Below, one piece after another: positions 28,401-43,400 of a stretch of DNA of 64,000 nucleotides (the first letter of the stretch is position 1; each line of letters begins with the position of its first letter). The DNA comes from Podarcis filfolensis (Eukaryota): the NCBI GenBank assembly GCA_964270895.1, contig OZ185435.1; one strand, given 5' to 3'. The notes under the pieces were generated by a model that worked only from the letters and a program-made list of their open reading frames with translations, was not told the origin of the DNA and did not search any database. The translations under genes and the position numbers were made by a program.

Positions 28401-31400
28401 GACTTGAGCCCAGTTGGGTCTGCTTGTTTCCCGTTTGTCGACAATGTAATTAGTAATGTCTGAGCCCCCATCTTCAAGAGGAGGTTCCCAAGAAAGCATT
28501 GCTCGGTCTGTGTACATGTTTACAATCTTAACTGAAGCTGGAGGACCAGGCTTGTCTGGGAAAGAAAAATTAGGCGGTGAGTGAAGTCTTACAACTGCTA
28601 CATTTCCTGAAATTTAAATACACTGATTCAAATGAACTTTTAGCCTACCTAGTACTTTAAGTTTAATAGTTGCTGATTTGGAACCACTTGCATTTTCAGC
28701 TGTGATAGTATAATCTCCTGTTTGCTTTCTATTTACGCTGAAGAGCTCCACAGTAGATAAATTTCTCTTGGTGGTTATCTTGACTCCTTCAACTGGTTTC
28801 AGGATCTCCCCTTCTTTCTTCCAACTAATAGTTGGCATAGGCTTGCCGAACACATTAGCCTCAAGACAAACATTGGTTCCAGCTTTTACTACAAGCAAGG
28901 ATTTCATAGCTACACCGAGTTCTATTTTTGGTGGTACTGCAGTGTAAAAAAAACATGTAGAAGGGGAGGGGGAAAATACATTCCAATGAGTACACAACAA
29001 TGAGAAGGATAAAAGTTTTGCTCAATTCTAATGGTACTCAAATGCGTTCCTTACCATTTTCTGACTGAACGGTTATTGGATCAGAAGGTTCAGAAGGCCA
29101 GCTAATGTTCACTGCTGTTTTTGCTATGGCTCTAAATTGATACTGTGCACCTTCTTCCAAACCAGTTGCAGTGTACTCTTCCAGGGGTATTTGATGGGGA
29201 GTGGTATTGCATCGTACCCATCTTTCTCCAGGCAGTTTACAGGATTCAACAAAGTAGCCAAGTATCTTGCTACCACCATCATGTTTTGGTCTTGCCCAGA
29301 CAAGAGACACAGTACTCTTAGTGACATCAATAACCTCGGGTTTGCCAGGGGGATCTAAAAACAAATGAGGTCAGGTTTATTCTACGGCATTTGATAGAAA
29401 ATGTCACAACACAAAGGATGCATATCACTGAACAAACATGGTATATTACTTTCTTTCTTTTTAAAGCCAGAGAAATTAAACTTTGGGCACAATCTGGCGA
29501 AAATCAAGGCTTTTCATTGGAATTCAATAAGCAAATGCTTACCTTACTTGTTGAAATCAGTGAAGTTTAAGAAAGTTTAGCCTTGCCCATATTCTCCTAA
29601 TGTTACAGTACTTAAGTTGGTTCAGTATTAACAATAATAGTTATACATAATGCAATGTATGCAAATGTTTTGCTTACCGACTGGTGTTCTTGCTGTAATA
29701 AAATCTGTCGGTTTGCTAGGCTTGCTTGCACCAGCTTTATTCAGAGCATAGATTCTAAATGTGTACTCAAGGCCTTCAATTAAATTTGCACATGGGTATT
29801 CTGTGGATCGCACAAGTGTATCATTGGCCTTCACCCAAAGCAAACTGTTCCTTTCTTTACGTTCAATGAGATAACCAGTTATTGGGCTGCCTCCATCGCT
29901 GTCTGGCCTGTCCCATGCCACAAAAACGCAGTCCTTGTTCACCTTGGTAACACGTGCGTTCTTTGGTTCACTAGGAACATCTGTAGAGAAAGAGGTGAGA
30001 ATTTTTTTTTTTAAAAAAAATCATTTCATCCTTAGAAGTATTCTAATAAAGACTGCACCATTGTCTGAGGTGGACATACCAAATGGAAACCTTGCAATCA
30101 TCTTATCGGACGGAAGCGGTTCAGAAATTCCAAATCGGTTTTCAGCACGAACACGGAACATGTATTCTTCTCCAGGGGTGAGTTTTCCAACTCTGCAATT
30201 CGTCTTTGTAACAGAAGCTACCACTGTTATCCAGTCTCCCCGACTGGTATCACACTTCTCAACCACGTAGTTGGTGATGTTGCTACCACCGTCTTCAAGA
30301 GGAGTATGCCATGACAAAGAGCAAGCATCAGCATCTATGTCAGAAATTTCGAATGGTGGCTGTGGTGGACCAGGGATATCTACAGAAAGAGATCAACATA
30401 CAGGTAGAAATAAGGTCATGCTCATTGATGAATCATGTTAAGAATGTTGAGAAGTAAGCATGGAAAAGAAGATTCAATGTACCCATGACGACCACTTTGA
30501 TTTTCTGAGTAGCTACTCCCGAGCTGTTTTCAGCGGTTAGACTGTAATAATCACTGTCTTTCCTAATGACATCTTTAATGATGAGAACTGAAGTGCTGTC
30601 TGCTTTATGCACAGCCAGGCGGCTGGATATTGCCACATCTTTGTCTCCTTTCATCCATTTACAAGTCGGGTGGGGTTTCCCATAAACATGTGCTTCTATC
30701 CTGAGTTTCTGCCCAGCCTTTATATTGACATGATCTGGCATCAGAATCTTAGGTGGCACTGAAATTAAAAATCAAACGATAGGAAACAGACACATAGGTC
30801 ACACACAAAAATTAATAACTTATGTATATGTATTTTGAATTAGTTCTCACAATCTTAAGCTGATATCATTCTTACTTGAAACTACCATGCATTTCTCCCC
30901 CTGAAAACAAATGTCAGTCTCCTGACAGCTTTCATGTTCTTGACTGGGGGTAGCCTGCAACTCTCCAAATGTCGTTGGACCACAACTTCCAACACCCATA
31001 GCCACTGGCCATGCTGGCTGCAGCAAATGAGAGTTGCAGTCCAACAGTGTCTGGAGGTGTGGCTAGGCCCCAGACTAGCCACTTCTGATCTATATTCTGC
31101 AGAAGTAAGGCAAAAGGTCTGATATTACGTCCCCAAACCAACCAAAAACTTTGTTTTCAAATAGTCACCAAGGAACTAGCCCCGATAAATTGTATTCCCC
31201 CTAATATCCTTGAAATATAATATCCCTGATTCATTTCCTCCTAGCTTCTTTTGTAGGTTTATTCTAAGGTCTGAGCAGTGTGCTCTCTTATTTAATTAAC
31301 TGTATAGCTGTCCTATTCTTCAGATGCAGAAAGCTTCACAACATCTTATAATGGGGAGATGCACAAATTTTTAAGGTAAACTTGTGCATAAATGAAGCGA

Positions 31401-34400
31401 ACTATTAAGAAACTGCCTGCTGGGCCTGGGACCCACATTCAGTACTCTTCAGGCCAGAATTAACACCTAATACTTTGCTATAGAAGGTCGCAGAGCCAAT
31501 GAGCCTATTTGTGAAGTTTTTTTGTAGACCCTTTTGAATGTCTTGTTTGTGTGTTGCTGTTTTGGGGAAAAAGCAATAAACCCATTAAAAAAGGAATGTC
31601 ACTAAAGACATCAGATTACGTGACAGGACCTAATTTTAAATATCTTTAAGAGGTGACATCCAATTTTAGATACAAAATCAAAATAATTGAATTATATTTC
31701 AATTGTGCAAGTGGTCATAGTTAGCTACTTACTCAGTTGCTCTTTAACTTCATAGATGCCTTCGGTTTGTCTTGGCTGGCTTACTCCTACAGCATTCCTT
31801 GCAGCCACTCTAAATTTGTATTTCTTTCCTTCCTTTAGGCCAGCAACAACAATATGAAGATCTTTGACAACGGAGTACTGTGTCCAGTGATCCTCAGCAT
31901 GACCCTCTTCTTGATATGCAATGATGTAGCCATCAATTTTGGAACCACCATCACGCAATGGTGGCAACCACCCTAAAGTAGCACTGTTCTTTGTGATTTC
32001 AGTCACTTCGAGTTTCCTTGGAGGATCAGGTTCACCTTAAAAATAAAACAGGCAGGTAAATGCTTAGTAAAATACCGATCGAACAAAGATTATGTCCCTG
32101 TAGCAGCAATGAAATCGAAACCATTGGGCATGTCATCTTATACTGCCCATTATATCGAGACTCAAGAAAAGAGCTGATCAAACCGATTCTGAGGAAAATA
32201 CCTTGTAGTACAGACGACACCTATATCAGACACCTCTTAGCTGACAAAGAGCCCGAAATTAACAGGCCCGTGGCAAAGTACTGTTACATTGCAACAAGAA
32301 TAAGACGAGCAATGATGTCAACAACGGAGTTCAAATTGTAAACATCGAAGGAACGATAATAAACAGTAGCGACACCTGAATTGAATTTTTAAAACTTTAA
32401 AAGTCGAAACCTGGTCATAAATATAAGCACCAATACTGTGAATTGGCCATATTTCTACTGTTATTTGTAGCACAATACTACTTTTAATGTCATATTTTTA
32501 TAAATTGCTTCCTGGTCACTGACCGTATTAAAGATATTTGATTTTGATGCTTAGTTTACATAATTTCTAAGATCATTACATCTTCTCATGATTTATTAGT
32601 GGGGGGGGAGACACAGAATATATTGTACTATTTTATTTTTTCATTTGAATACATAAATCATGAGACCAGTGGTTTCTTTGAACTTTGTAGTACTGTATTG
32701 GCCCGAATATAAGCCGCACCCAACTATAAGCCGCACCTTTAAAATTCAAGGGGGAAAGAGAAAAAGAATACCCGAATATAAGCTGCTCCCTTAAAATTCC
32801 ACAGGCACTCACAACCGTTCCTTTTTACCGTATATCTGCTTTAGGAGCAATAACACAAAAGCCAATTTTTGTAAGGTCGCGAATTTAAGCCGCACTTTAA
32901 CTTTTCCCAGTCAGAATTTGGGAGAAAATGTGAGGCTTATATTCAGGCCAATACGGTACTTCTATTCTGGTTTGATTGTTTTTTGTGATCCACACATTGC
33001 CTCCACACTCTGGAAGAAGACCCAGCTGGCAATGTATTTGTGGACAGGTTATAGTCTTTGAAATATAGCAAATAGAAGATCTGCCAAACAACGTCAGTTA
33101 AATAAGTGCAGGGAGGTGAAGTTATCTCATAAATATGTGAGAAGCATTCCTCATGTTCCTTGGGCATGTGTCTGTCTACATTCTCTTGCTCCCCAGTCAA
33201 GGATTGGGATAAATTTCCTTCCTTGTCAGGTGAGCCCTGGGTTTGTGAGTCGAATATGTACCTCAAGACACATTGTCAAAGCACTCACCCCAAAATACCC
33301 CCAAGCCACAGGGATATTTCTGAGTGTTAATGCCTGAGTTCCCCCAACCTGAAATTAAAGGCATCTGAAGGCAGTGTTGTATCAGGAATTTTTTAGTGTT
33401 TGATGTTTTATTGTGTTTTTATATGTGTTGGAAGCTGCCCAGAGTGGCCGGGCAACCCAGCCAGATGGGAAGGGTATAAATAATGAAATTATTTATTTGT
33501 TATTACTATTTATTATTATGCGCAGTGACAACTGATTTTGACTATCTGAACTATCATACAAAATCTGAATCTCCTGAATGAAATAATACAGAAGCTACAT
33601 CAATAAATACTTACTTAGTGGATCTGATGCCAGGATTGGTTTGGGCGTGTCCCTTGGAACACCAGGGCCGTATTCATTGACAGCAATGACTCTGAAGAAA
33701 TACTCAGTTCCTGGCATAAGATTAGAAACCTTGAAACTAGTCTTCTTTACATCATCGGTAAGTTTTGCCCAGGTCTTTCTCTCAGCCTCACGTTTTTCCA
33801 CGATGTAATGTGTTACAGGACTACCACCGTCATTTTCAGGTGGAGTCCATGAAACCTGACAGGATGTTTTTGTGACATCCTTGACACTGAGCTCTGCTAC
33901 AGGTCCAGGAGTATCTGTTGGAGGAAAGGAAACAAAAAACAACCAATATTATGCCACAATTATTCAAAGTAAGTGGGCAGAGTCTCATGGAAAAGAAATT
34001 GCAATGAATAATACATTCATAAATCACAGAACAAAAATTAATAGATGTTAAAATTATTGACATTACTCACCAAGGACACGGACATTCACGAAGACTGCCT
34101 TTTCTCCAGCAGGGTTAACAACTGTCAAAGTGTATTTGCCTGAATCATCCCGTGTAGAATCAGGGATGACGCAGAAGGCCATTGTGTCAACCAGGTCAAC
34201 CTGGCCCCTTCTGATCACATTATCAATTCCCACCTTCCTCCAGGTAACTTTAGGTGCTGGTCGCCCTCGAATAATGGCAAAAAGTCTTATGGGGCATCCT
34301 GCTCTGACTATGACTAACTTTCTCAGGCTTGCATCCAAATCAATTTCAGGAGGTTCTGAAAAGGAACATTAAAAGTTTAGATTTTGAAAGCAATTTGTAA

Positions 34401-37400
34401 GATAGCAAATAATTTATTGGCCTGTTGGCAAAATTACCAAGAATTTCTTTGGGAGAAACAGCTTCTTTCAAATCAGCTGGCCGGCCAATGCCTACTTGAT
34501 TTTGGGCAGAAACCCGGAACTCATATAGTTCTTTCTCCTCCAAGCTTGTCACTGTAAATTCTGTATGAATAACTTGTGTAGCAACATTGCATCTTTTCCA
34601 TCCTTCATCAGGACCTGCTTTTTCAGTTTTGGGTCTCATTTCTACCACATAGCCAATAATAGGAGCACCACCATCATAGACTGGCTTTCCCCATCCAAGA
34701 GTAATAGAGGTCTTCGTGCTATCAACAACCTTAAGATTAATGGGAGGACCAGGTGGTTCTGTAAGATGACAGAAAAGTACAGAAGTAAGCATATCAATGA
34801 ATCAGAGAAACATAATTTAAATTGAAGTATTACTAACAAAAATATATTGGAAAGATCAGTACCTATTGGATCCTTCGCTATTGTTGGTTTTGATGGGTAG
34901 CTTGGTTCACCAATTCCAATTTCATTTTCTGCCCTGACACGGAACTGATATTCATATCCTGGAATGAGATTTGTAACTTTCTTGCGTCTCTCTGGAATTG
35001 CACTTTTGGTAACAGGAACCCACCTTAATGACCTTTTCTCTTTCTTCTCTAATATATATCCTGTGATTGATTTACCACCATCATATTCTGGTGGATTCCA
35101 AACTACGGTCATCTCTTCTTTGCTGACCTTAGTGACTTCTGGAGGATCTGGACGACCAGGTCTATTATACTTTGTTTTTGCTATAATTGGCTTAGTCTCT
35201 GTTGGGGGACCAGTGCCCATTTTATTCTCTGCACGGACCCTGAATATATATTCATTGCCTTCAATGAGATGTGTTACATTTATATGGGTCATTAGCACAG
35301 AGGAGGAATACGTAGTCCAAACCATTCGTCTGCTTTCACATTTCTCTACAATGTAGTTCTGTATTTCACAACCACCATCATCTTCAGGTACATCCCAGCT
35401 GACTGTGCATCGGTCAGTTGAAACATCAGCCACCTTCAAATTTCTGACAGGTCCTGGTTTGTCCAAAACATTTACAGTAGCATATGCTACAAAGCTACCA
35501 GCTGGATTAGTGGCAGTAATAACGTATTTACCACCATCTGTGCGCCTTGCTTTGGAGAGAAGGAACTTAGATGAGTCTGAAGTTGTTTCAATTTTGACCC
35601 TTGGAGATTGGGATAGATCGGCAGAATCCTTTGCCCAAGATACTTCTGGTTGGGGCTTGCCTCTAAGTCCTGCTACAATTTTTATTGGTTCACCAGCTTT
35701 CACAGTCAGTACTCCAGACAGCTTCAGATCAAGTACAGGTTTCTGAATTTCTTCTTTAACAACAACTTCACTTGTCTTCACCCAGTCACTTTCACCACCT
35801 TCATTCTTTGTCTGGACTCTGAACTGATAAATTTTATTTTCAACGCATTTGTCAACCATATAGTGTGTTTCCTTAATGCTACCTTTGTGCACTCTTTCCC
35901 ACTCATCCGAATCCTTCAGTTTTCTTTCAACATGGTATGTTAAGTTGGGGCTGCCACCATCGTAGTCTGGTCTCCTCCATTTCAGATATACAAATGTCTT
36001 TCCTGTTTCTGCAATGTGAAGGTTTTCAGGCTCACCTGGCCTGTCAATAGGGTTAATAGCAAGGATTGGAGTTTTGGTCTCGACAACTGGACCTGGACCT
36101 ACTTTGTTTTCTGCACAAACACGGAAGAAGTATTCGTGATTTTCAACGAGATGTGCTTTCACTATCCTCTTAGTAAGATCAGAAGAAACTATTGACCAGC
36201 CTCTCTGGTTTGGTTGACGATACTCTACTATATAGTTTGTAATTTCTGAGCCACCGTTATCTTCAGGATTCTCCCAAGAGACCATGCAAGAATCTTTGGT
36301 GACATAGGTTACTTTCAGGTTCTGGCAAGGTCCTGGCCTATCAAGCACATTAACAATAGCTGATGCTTGGGCATGTCCGCTGCTATTCTTAGCTGTAATT
36401 AGGTATTTTCCATGGTCTGCTCTTACAGCAGGTTTTATTTGCAGCTCTATATGAGGGAATTCATGAATTATGTCAGTACGCTTATCTTTCGTTATATTTT
36501 TGCCATCTCTAGACCATGTTATGTCAGGATCTGGTCTGCCCCTCACTTTGCCTATAATCCTTATTGTTTGGCCTACTCTGACAGTAATTACATCTCGGCA
36601 GGTCACATCCAGTTCTACCTCTGGAGGCGTGAGAATGTCTTTGGCAAGAACTGTTTCTGGCAATTCTCTGGGTTCTCCCTCTCCTACAATATTAGCAGCT
36701 TTAATGCGGAATCTATATTCATTTCCTTCAATTAACCCAGGTACTGTAAAGGCACATTGTCTGATGAGTTCATCTTTGTTAATTCTATTCCACTGAGTAG
36801 TTCCGCTTTTCTGGCATTCCACAACATATCCCAGGATGGGGCTACCACCATCTTTGAGTGGCTTAGTCCATACTAGCTCAGCTGTTTCCCTGGTCTTATC
36901 CTTGAGTTTTGGATTAATGGGAGGTCCAGGAGGTGTCATAGGACGTGATGCTTTGATTGGATCAGAAGGTGGAGATGGCTTGCTTATGCCAGCACTGTTT
37001 TCTGCAAAAACACGGAATTCATATGTGCTGCCCTCAAAGAGGCCTGTAGCTCTAAATTTCAGATCAAGCACTGGAGATTTGTTGACACGTATCCATTTCC
37101 CTGAGATTTCACGGCGTTCAAGTATGTATCCAGTTATTGGACTTCCACCATCAGATTTTGGCACAGTCCAACATACAGTTGCACCATTTTCTGTAATATC
37201 ATTAACTACTGGTTTACCAGGTGGAGATGGTGGATCATGCAGAGCCTTGGCAACTGCTGGTTTTGAATCAAGAGGTGGACCAACGCCTATCTTATTCTCT
37301 GCACAAACTCGGAAAATATATTCACAGCCCTTCTGTAGACGTGGAATTTTAATTCTAGTTTGATTAGTCCCTGAAGAGACCACTCCCCAGGTTTCTTTCC

Positions 37401-40400
37401 TTGTCTCTCGTTTCTCAACAATGTAATTAATTACAGCGCTTCCACCATCATCTTTAGGAGGTCGCCAAGCAATAACCATATGATCGGGAGTGACTTCCAG
37501 AATATCAATTGGGCCAGTTGGAGGACCAGGAACATCCAAAACTGTTAGATGAACAGGAACAGTTCTGCTTCCAGCTATATTGGATACTGTGAGCAGATAT
37601 TCTCCAGTGTCTTTTCTCGTGCAGCTTTGAATAGTGAGAACTGTAGAGTAATTATCAGTATCAATCTTGTAATTGCCTTCTGATTTGATTTCAACATTAT
37701 CAGTGACCCATTTTGCAGTGGGAACAGGTACGCCTCTCATGATTGCAGGGAACCGCACTGTGCTGCCAGCTTTAACAACAAGGCCTTCTATTAATTTCAC
37801 ATCTAGATCAACTGATGGTGGCACTGAAATAAAAAAACAACAACACACAGATTATATTATAGGTATTTCCCCATTACAAGACTTACATTTCAGCAGTGAA
37901 TATGAAATCTGTGAACAGTCATACAAATTCAGTGGTTACCTATTTTTTCTTGGCACTCTATTGGTATGGTTGTGTCTGGAAGACTAAGACCCACAATATT
38001 TTGGGCTTTTACGCGGAATTTGTAAATCTTCCCTTGTTGTAGACCAGTAACAACACATTCTGGCACAGGGACTGTTTTGAATTTTGTCCAGTCTTCTTTC
38101 CCTTCTTCTTGGTACTCCACCAAAAATCCAGTTATTTCAGCACCACCATCCCGATCAGGCCAATTCCAAACAAGAGACACTTGTGTCCTGTCAACATCTA
38201 CATGATGCAAGTTCTTTGGTGGGCCAGGAGGATCTTTTAAAATGAGATGAAAACAGGATTAGCATTTCTATTTTATACACAAACATTTCCAAATGCTGAT
38301 ACACATTGTATAGATCAACACAGTCGACAAAGGTTTTTTTGTTTTTTTTTAAAAAAGAACACAAAATAGTAAGTGAACTGTGCTTACGAAGTGGATCTAT
38401 AGCCTTAATCGGCTTGTGGGTTTCAACGTAAGGACCTCTTCCATACTGGTTCTCAGCAGCAACACGGAAGAGATACTGAGTGCCTTCCATGAGGTATTTA
38501 GCCAACAGACTGTGTTTCTTAGAAGATGATGATATTGGTAGCCACTGAGCAGCAGCAACATCTTTCCTTTCCACAACATAATTCGTAATGACAGAGCCAC
38601 CATTGTCCTCAGGTTCCTTCCAAGTCAGATAGCAAGAATCTCTTCTCACTTCACTGACCTGTAGATTCCTGGGAGGCCCAGGCTTATCTGGAAAAAAAAT
38701 TGAAATAAATGTTCGATGTAGTCTATGTATAAAAATATTGTGTTAAATACAGTGGTACCTCGGTTTAAGAACAGTCCTGTTTACGAACGATTCGGTTTAA
38801 GAACTCCGCAAGACCGGAAGTAGTGTCCCAGTTTGCAAACTTTACCTTGGTCTACGAATGGAAGCCAAACGGTGGAAGGGCACCGGCGGCAGGAGGTCTC
38901 ATTAGCGAAAGCGTGTCTCGGTTTAAGAACGGTTTCGGTTTAAGAATAGACTTCCGGAATGGATTAAGTTCGTAAACCGAGGTACCACTGTATATTATTT
39001 GCAAGAAAGAGTCTTTTCCTTATGATTGTATACTTCTTATTTGTAGAAAATGAGGATGGACAGCCTCTAACCATTTTTAATTTCTAAACATTTTTCATCT
39101 GAACCTGGATAATTAAACCTGACACAAAGTACAGGGTGTAAAATCAAACTAGTTTGTGTACAACGCCCCTCACCCCGATTTCTTCAACAAATTTACAGTA
39201 GCTTCGCTGTATGTATGTTTGTGTTGTGGCTGGGGCAACCCAGTCAGATGGGCAGGGTACAAATAATAAAATTATTAGTACTATTAATTTCAGTGACTAT
39301 GAACCTCAGAGAACAATTAATATTTTCCAAAGACTATGGGCTTTGCACCCATATTTGGTATGTGTGTGTTTTAACACCGCAAGGATTCTGATAATGCTTC
39401 ATAACATTTAGAAAATTCGCTTCCAAAGTTGGGGAACAAGGTTGCTAACAGATGATGAAAAATATAATTTTTCATTCCTGCTTTTCTGTTGTACATAGGT
39501 ATGTTCCTATCATTCACCTCTGTCATGTTTCATCTCCCAGTAGAAGTGTTAACATCATTTCATTCATTACCTAGAACAAGAACTTTTACTGAAACAGTCT
39601 TTGATCCAACCGGATTCTCCACGGTCAGGGAATAATTCCCTCCGTCTTCATGGACTGCGTGTCGAATTTCAAGCTTACTGCCAACTCCTGTAACCTCAAT
39701 ATCTGCCTTTGTAGGAACTTCCTTATCTTCTTTCTTCCAAGTCACTTTTGGGAATGGAATTCCTTTAATTACAGCACTTAGCCTCAATGTATCTCCAACT
39801 TTTACATGTTGTTCTCGTGTCATATTAGCATCCAGGATTAAATCAGGAGCCTCTGTAAAAAAAAAGGGACTTCGTGTTCAGAAAATATATCCACTTTGGC
39901 CCTTTAAAACCAATTAAAACATCATGTTCTGCTTACCAAGTCTGTCCTTGACTTCAACTGGATCACGAACATTAGCTGGCTCAGATTCTCCTGCCCCATT
40001 GACTGCAAAGACTCTGAATCTATATTTGGTACCCTCAGTGAGGCCGGTGACATTGTATTTTGTCTCAGGGCAAGAATCTGCTGTATGGTTGGCTTTTTTC
40101 CACTCCTCATCTCCATCCTTTTGGTACTCAATGAGATAGCCTATGATCTTGCCTCCTCCATCATGACGTGGTGGTTGCCAGGACAATTGCACTGAACTTT
40201 TAGTTTTATCCACTGCTTCAGGATTAATTGGTGGACTTGGTTTTACTGTAAAAACGAAAAAACAACAACACCCCATTACACTGGAATCATGAATCTGAAA
40301 AAGAGATTAATTGGTACCAAGTAATATCACAAATATAATACATGAGAAAATGTTTTATAATATACCGATTGGATCCTTAGCGAAGAATGGTTTTGAGGGT

Positions 40401-43400
40401 GGGCTAGGATCACCAACACCAATTTCATTTTCTGCTGAAACTCGGAATTCATATTCACAGCCTTCAAGAAGATCTGTTACCCTGAACTGAGTATCTGGGT
40501 AAATATGATCTTTGGTGGCTCTTCCCCATCGAGTAGACATAGTTTCCTTCTTTTCAAGTATGTAATTGGTTATTGGTTTTCCTCCATCATATGGCTTCTT
40601 CCAGGTAACTAAAGCAGAATTTTTGGTGACTCCTTTAATGACAGGTTGCTCTGGTGCAGCAGGAACACCTGAAGAAATAACGTTTTCAAGTTTTAAATCC
40701 ATTTCATACAAAAATATAATATGAAAATACAAATGAAGTAGAAATATGGCGGAGACTTAAGTAAAATGAATTAGCAAATAAACTACATACTGAAACGATC
40801 CTTGGCCTTCATTTCATCAGATATTAAAGGATCACTCATGCCATACAAGTTCTCAGCATAGATTCGGACAACATAATCTCTTCCCTCAAGTAATTTAGGG
40901 ACTTTGCACGTTGTCTTGACATTGGCTGACGTGACTGGCATCCAGAGGTCTCTGTTTGCATCTCTCTTCTCAATAATGTAATTTGTAATTGGACTTCCAC
41001 CATCATCCAAGGGAGGTTTCCAGGAGATAACAAAATGATCTTTAGTAACTTCATCAAAAATAACTGGCCCCACTGGTGGTTGAGGACGATCTGTTTAAAA
41101 GTAAAAGAAATATATTTATCAGAAAAGTTCTTCACAATGTGCATTAGGTTAAATGTTATCATGTGATATCCCATCCCACCCTCATTTGATCAGCTCTAAT
41201 TCATACCACATGCGGAAATAACTTATTTTAGCACTATAGCAATACTTACCAACTACAGTAACTTGACAGAAACCTTTTCTTGTTCCCGAACTGTTTTCTA
41301 CAATGACACAATATTTGCCTGAATCTTCACGGACAGATTTCAATATCCCCAAACAAAGAGTAGCTGGCGTAGTCTGGATCTTTGTCCGTTTGTCTTCTTT
41401 CACAGAAATTTCATCTTTGAGCCAGGTAATCTTTGGTGCTGGTTTGCCTGAGTAACGGCCGGTCAGACTGAAAGCTTCTCCTACACGGACAGTGAGCTTC
41501 TCTCGGATATCAAGTTCAAGTTGTGGAGGAGCTAGAAGTATTGTTAAAGAAAAGAAGAATCAGTGATATCTATAAAAACTCACAGATCACCCAATGCACA
41601 TTTGGTTGGTTGGTTTGCTCCAGAATGGAAACTTACCAATTTCATCTTTGCATGTGATGGGTTTTGTAACAAATGATGGTTTGCCTTGTCCCACAATATT
41701 GCAAGCGCTCACGCGATACTCATAAGTGTCACCTTCTTTCAAATCTTCAACTGTGTATTTTCTGTCAAGCATTTTCTCTTTTGTAACTCTGGTAAATTTC
41801 TCTTTCCCAATAAGGCGGCTTTCCAAAACATACATGGTTATATCAGAGCCACCGTTGTACTTAGGTGGGTTCCAGGTCAGTGTAACAGAATCCTTCGTTA
41901 CTGCTTTGACTTCCAGATCCTCAGGCCTTTCTGGCACAGCTAGAAATAAACACATGCACCATGTTAGGTACTTTTTTCAAGGCAAATTCTCCTCATCAGT
42001 ACTGAAAAAAAAAAAGACAATAAAGTCTTACTTATTGGGTCTCTGATTAAAATCTCTTTTGTTGTCTCCACAAATGGGCCCATGCCAATAATATTCTCAG
42101 GTGCAATTCGGAAGAAGTATGCTTTGCCCTCAATCAGCCCCTGAACTGTTGCATTCTGCCTGGTGACCGTATATGTCACTGGGGTCCAAGCCCTGTGGTC
42201 TGCTTCACGTTTTTCAATTACGTAGTTGGTGATAGCTGAGCCACCATCATCTTCAGGAGAAAACCACGTAAGTTTGCATGAGTCGTTGGTTAAGTTCTCA
42301 GTAAGGAATGGAATGCCAACTGGACCTGGAACATCTGTGAAGGAAAGAAATACAGTAGAATGGTTTTAAGACGAACATTTAACATTTCTGTAATTGGAAA
42401 CCAAATAATAACATAGATGCAATAACTTATTTATAAAAAAATATTTATATAACCCCACCCACTCATATAATATACCAAGGCAGTGCACAATATAAAATAC
42501 TATAAAACAATACAAAGTAATCACAAGAATGACTGGCTCGTCTAAATAAAGGAAATTAAACAACTGAATAGGCCTGTCTGCATAAGAACATCTTCCAAGA
42601 GACATCTGAAGGTTAACGGTGAGGATGTCCACTGATTCTCTGTTGGAAGAGTTTTCTGCAGTATGGGACTGATGACACACTAAGGTTTCTGAGACATTGG
42701 GAACAACTAACAGCCCTCCTTCAGATGATCTAAGTCATCAAAATGGGACAGAAGGGAGCAGACACTTCTTGTGGTATCTTGGACCCAAGTTGTTCAGGGC
42801 TTTGTACATGAACCTTCATCCTGATCGAGTAACATATGGGTAGCCAGTGCAAATGCATCAACAAAAGTGTCACTTTCTGTCATTCAGCCATCAGCCATCT
42901 GCCCTCATCAGCAGTCTAGCCACCAGCAAGTCAGCTTTCAGTGCTTACCTAGCACATCAACAATAATAGTCTTCTTTCTTTCTCCACCGGCATTTTTAGC
43001 GAGAAGAGTGTATAAGCCCTGATGGCTTCTCTTGCAGTTCTTTATGACCATAGAGGAACTAATTGCAGTTTCCTCAATTTTAGCCTCCTCTGGGAGAGCT
43101 CCCTCATCCCTCTTCCAGGTAATTGTTGGAGGTGGCTTTCCCGAGACATAAGCTATAATGCGGATCACTCCACCAGCATGGACAACGATTCTGTCCTTCA
43201 CATGAGCATCAAGCATGAGATCAGGAGCAACTGTAGAAACAAACAATATATTTTATATTTAGTTTCTATTCTTTTACCCACACAAAAACAAAGAGAGGCT
43301 GTTTTTTATCCTAAAACATACCTATTCTGTCCTTTATTTCAATGACTTCAGTGACATCTCCAGGCTCTCCAATACCAGCAGCATTTATTGCTCTGACTCT

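Larger units (their letters stand above)
66..34355 (-). repeat. C-zone 11-domain super-repeats C1-C8 (Ig-Fn2-Ig-Fn3-Ig-Fn3)
   Basis: Repeat-start motif (LRK/MRK...V.AG) recurs near 34320, 26640, 21195, 17945, 14697, 11390, 8203 and 4968; about 3.25-kb period within the giant exon. Confidence 0.95.

Noticed and set aside
29530-29560. Donor-like CTTAC motifs between exons ~311 and ~312 as a hidden micro-exon
   Set aside because: No matching acceptor or titin-like peptide nearby, and the flanking exons already join in frame into complete domains.
32060-32341. 93-aa zinc-finger ORF as an independent nested gene
   Set aside because: Its start codon comes from the target-site duplication; it is a 5'-truncated retrotransposon tail.
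39349-39358. CArG box CCATATTTGG (SRF site)
   Set aside because: A rough estimate from base composition gives about five chance matches in 64 kb; no supporting motif cluster seen.
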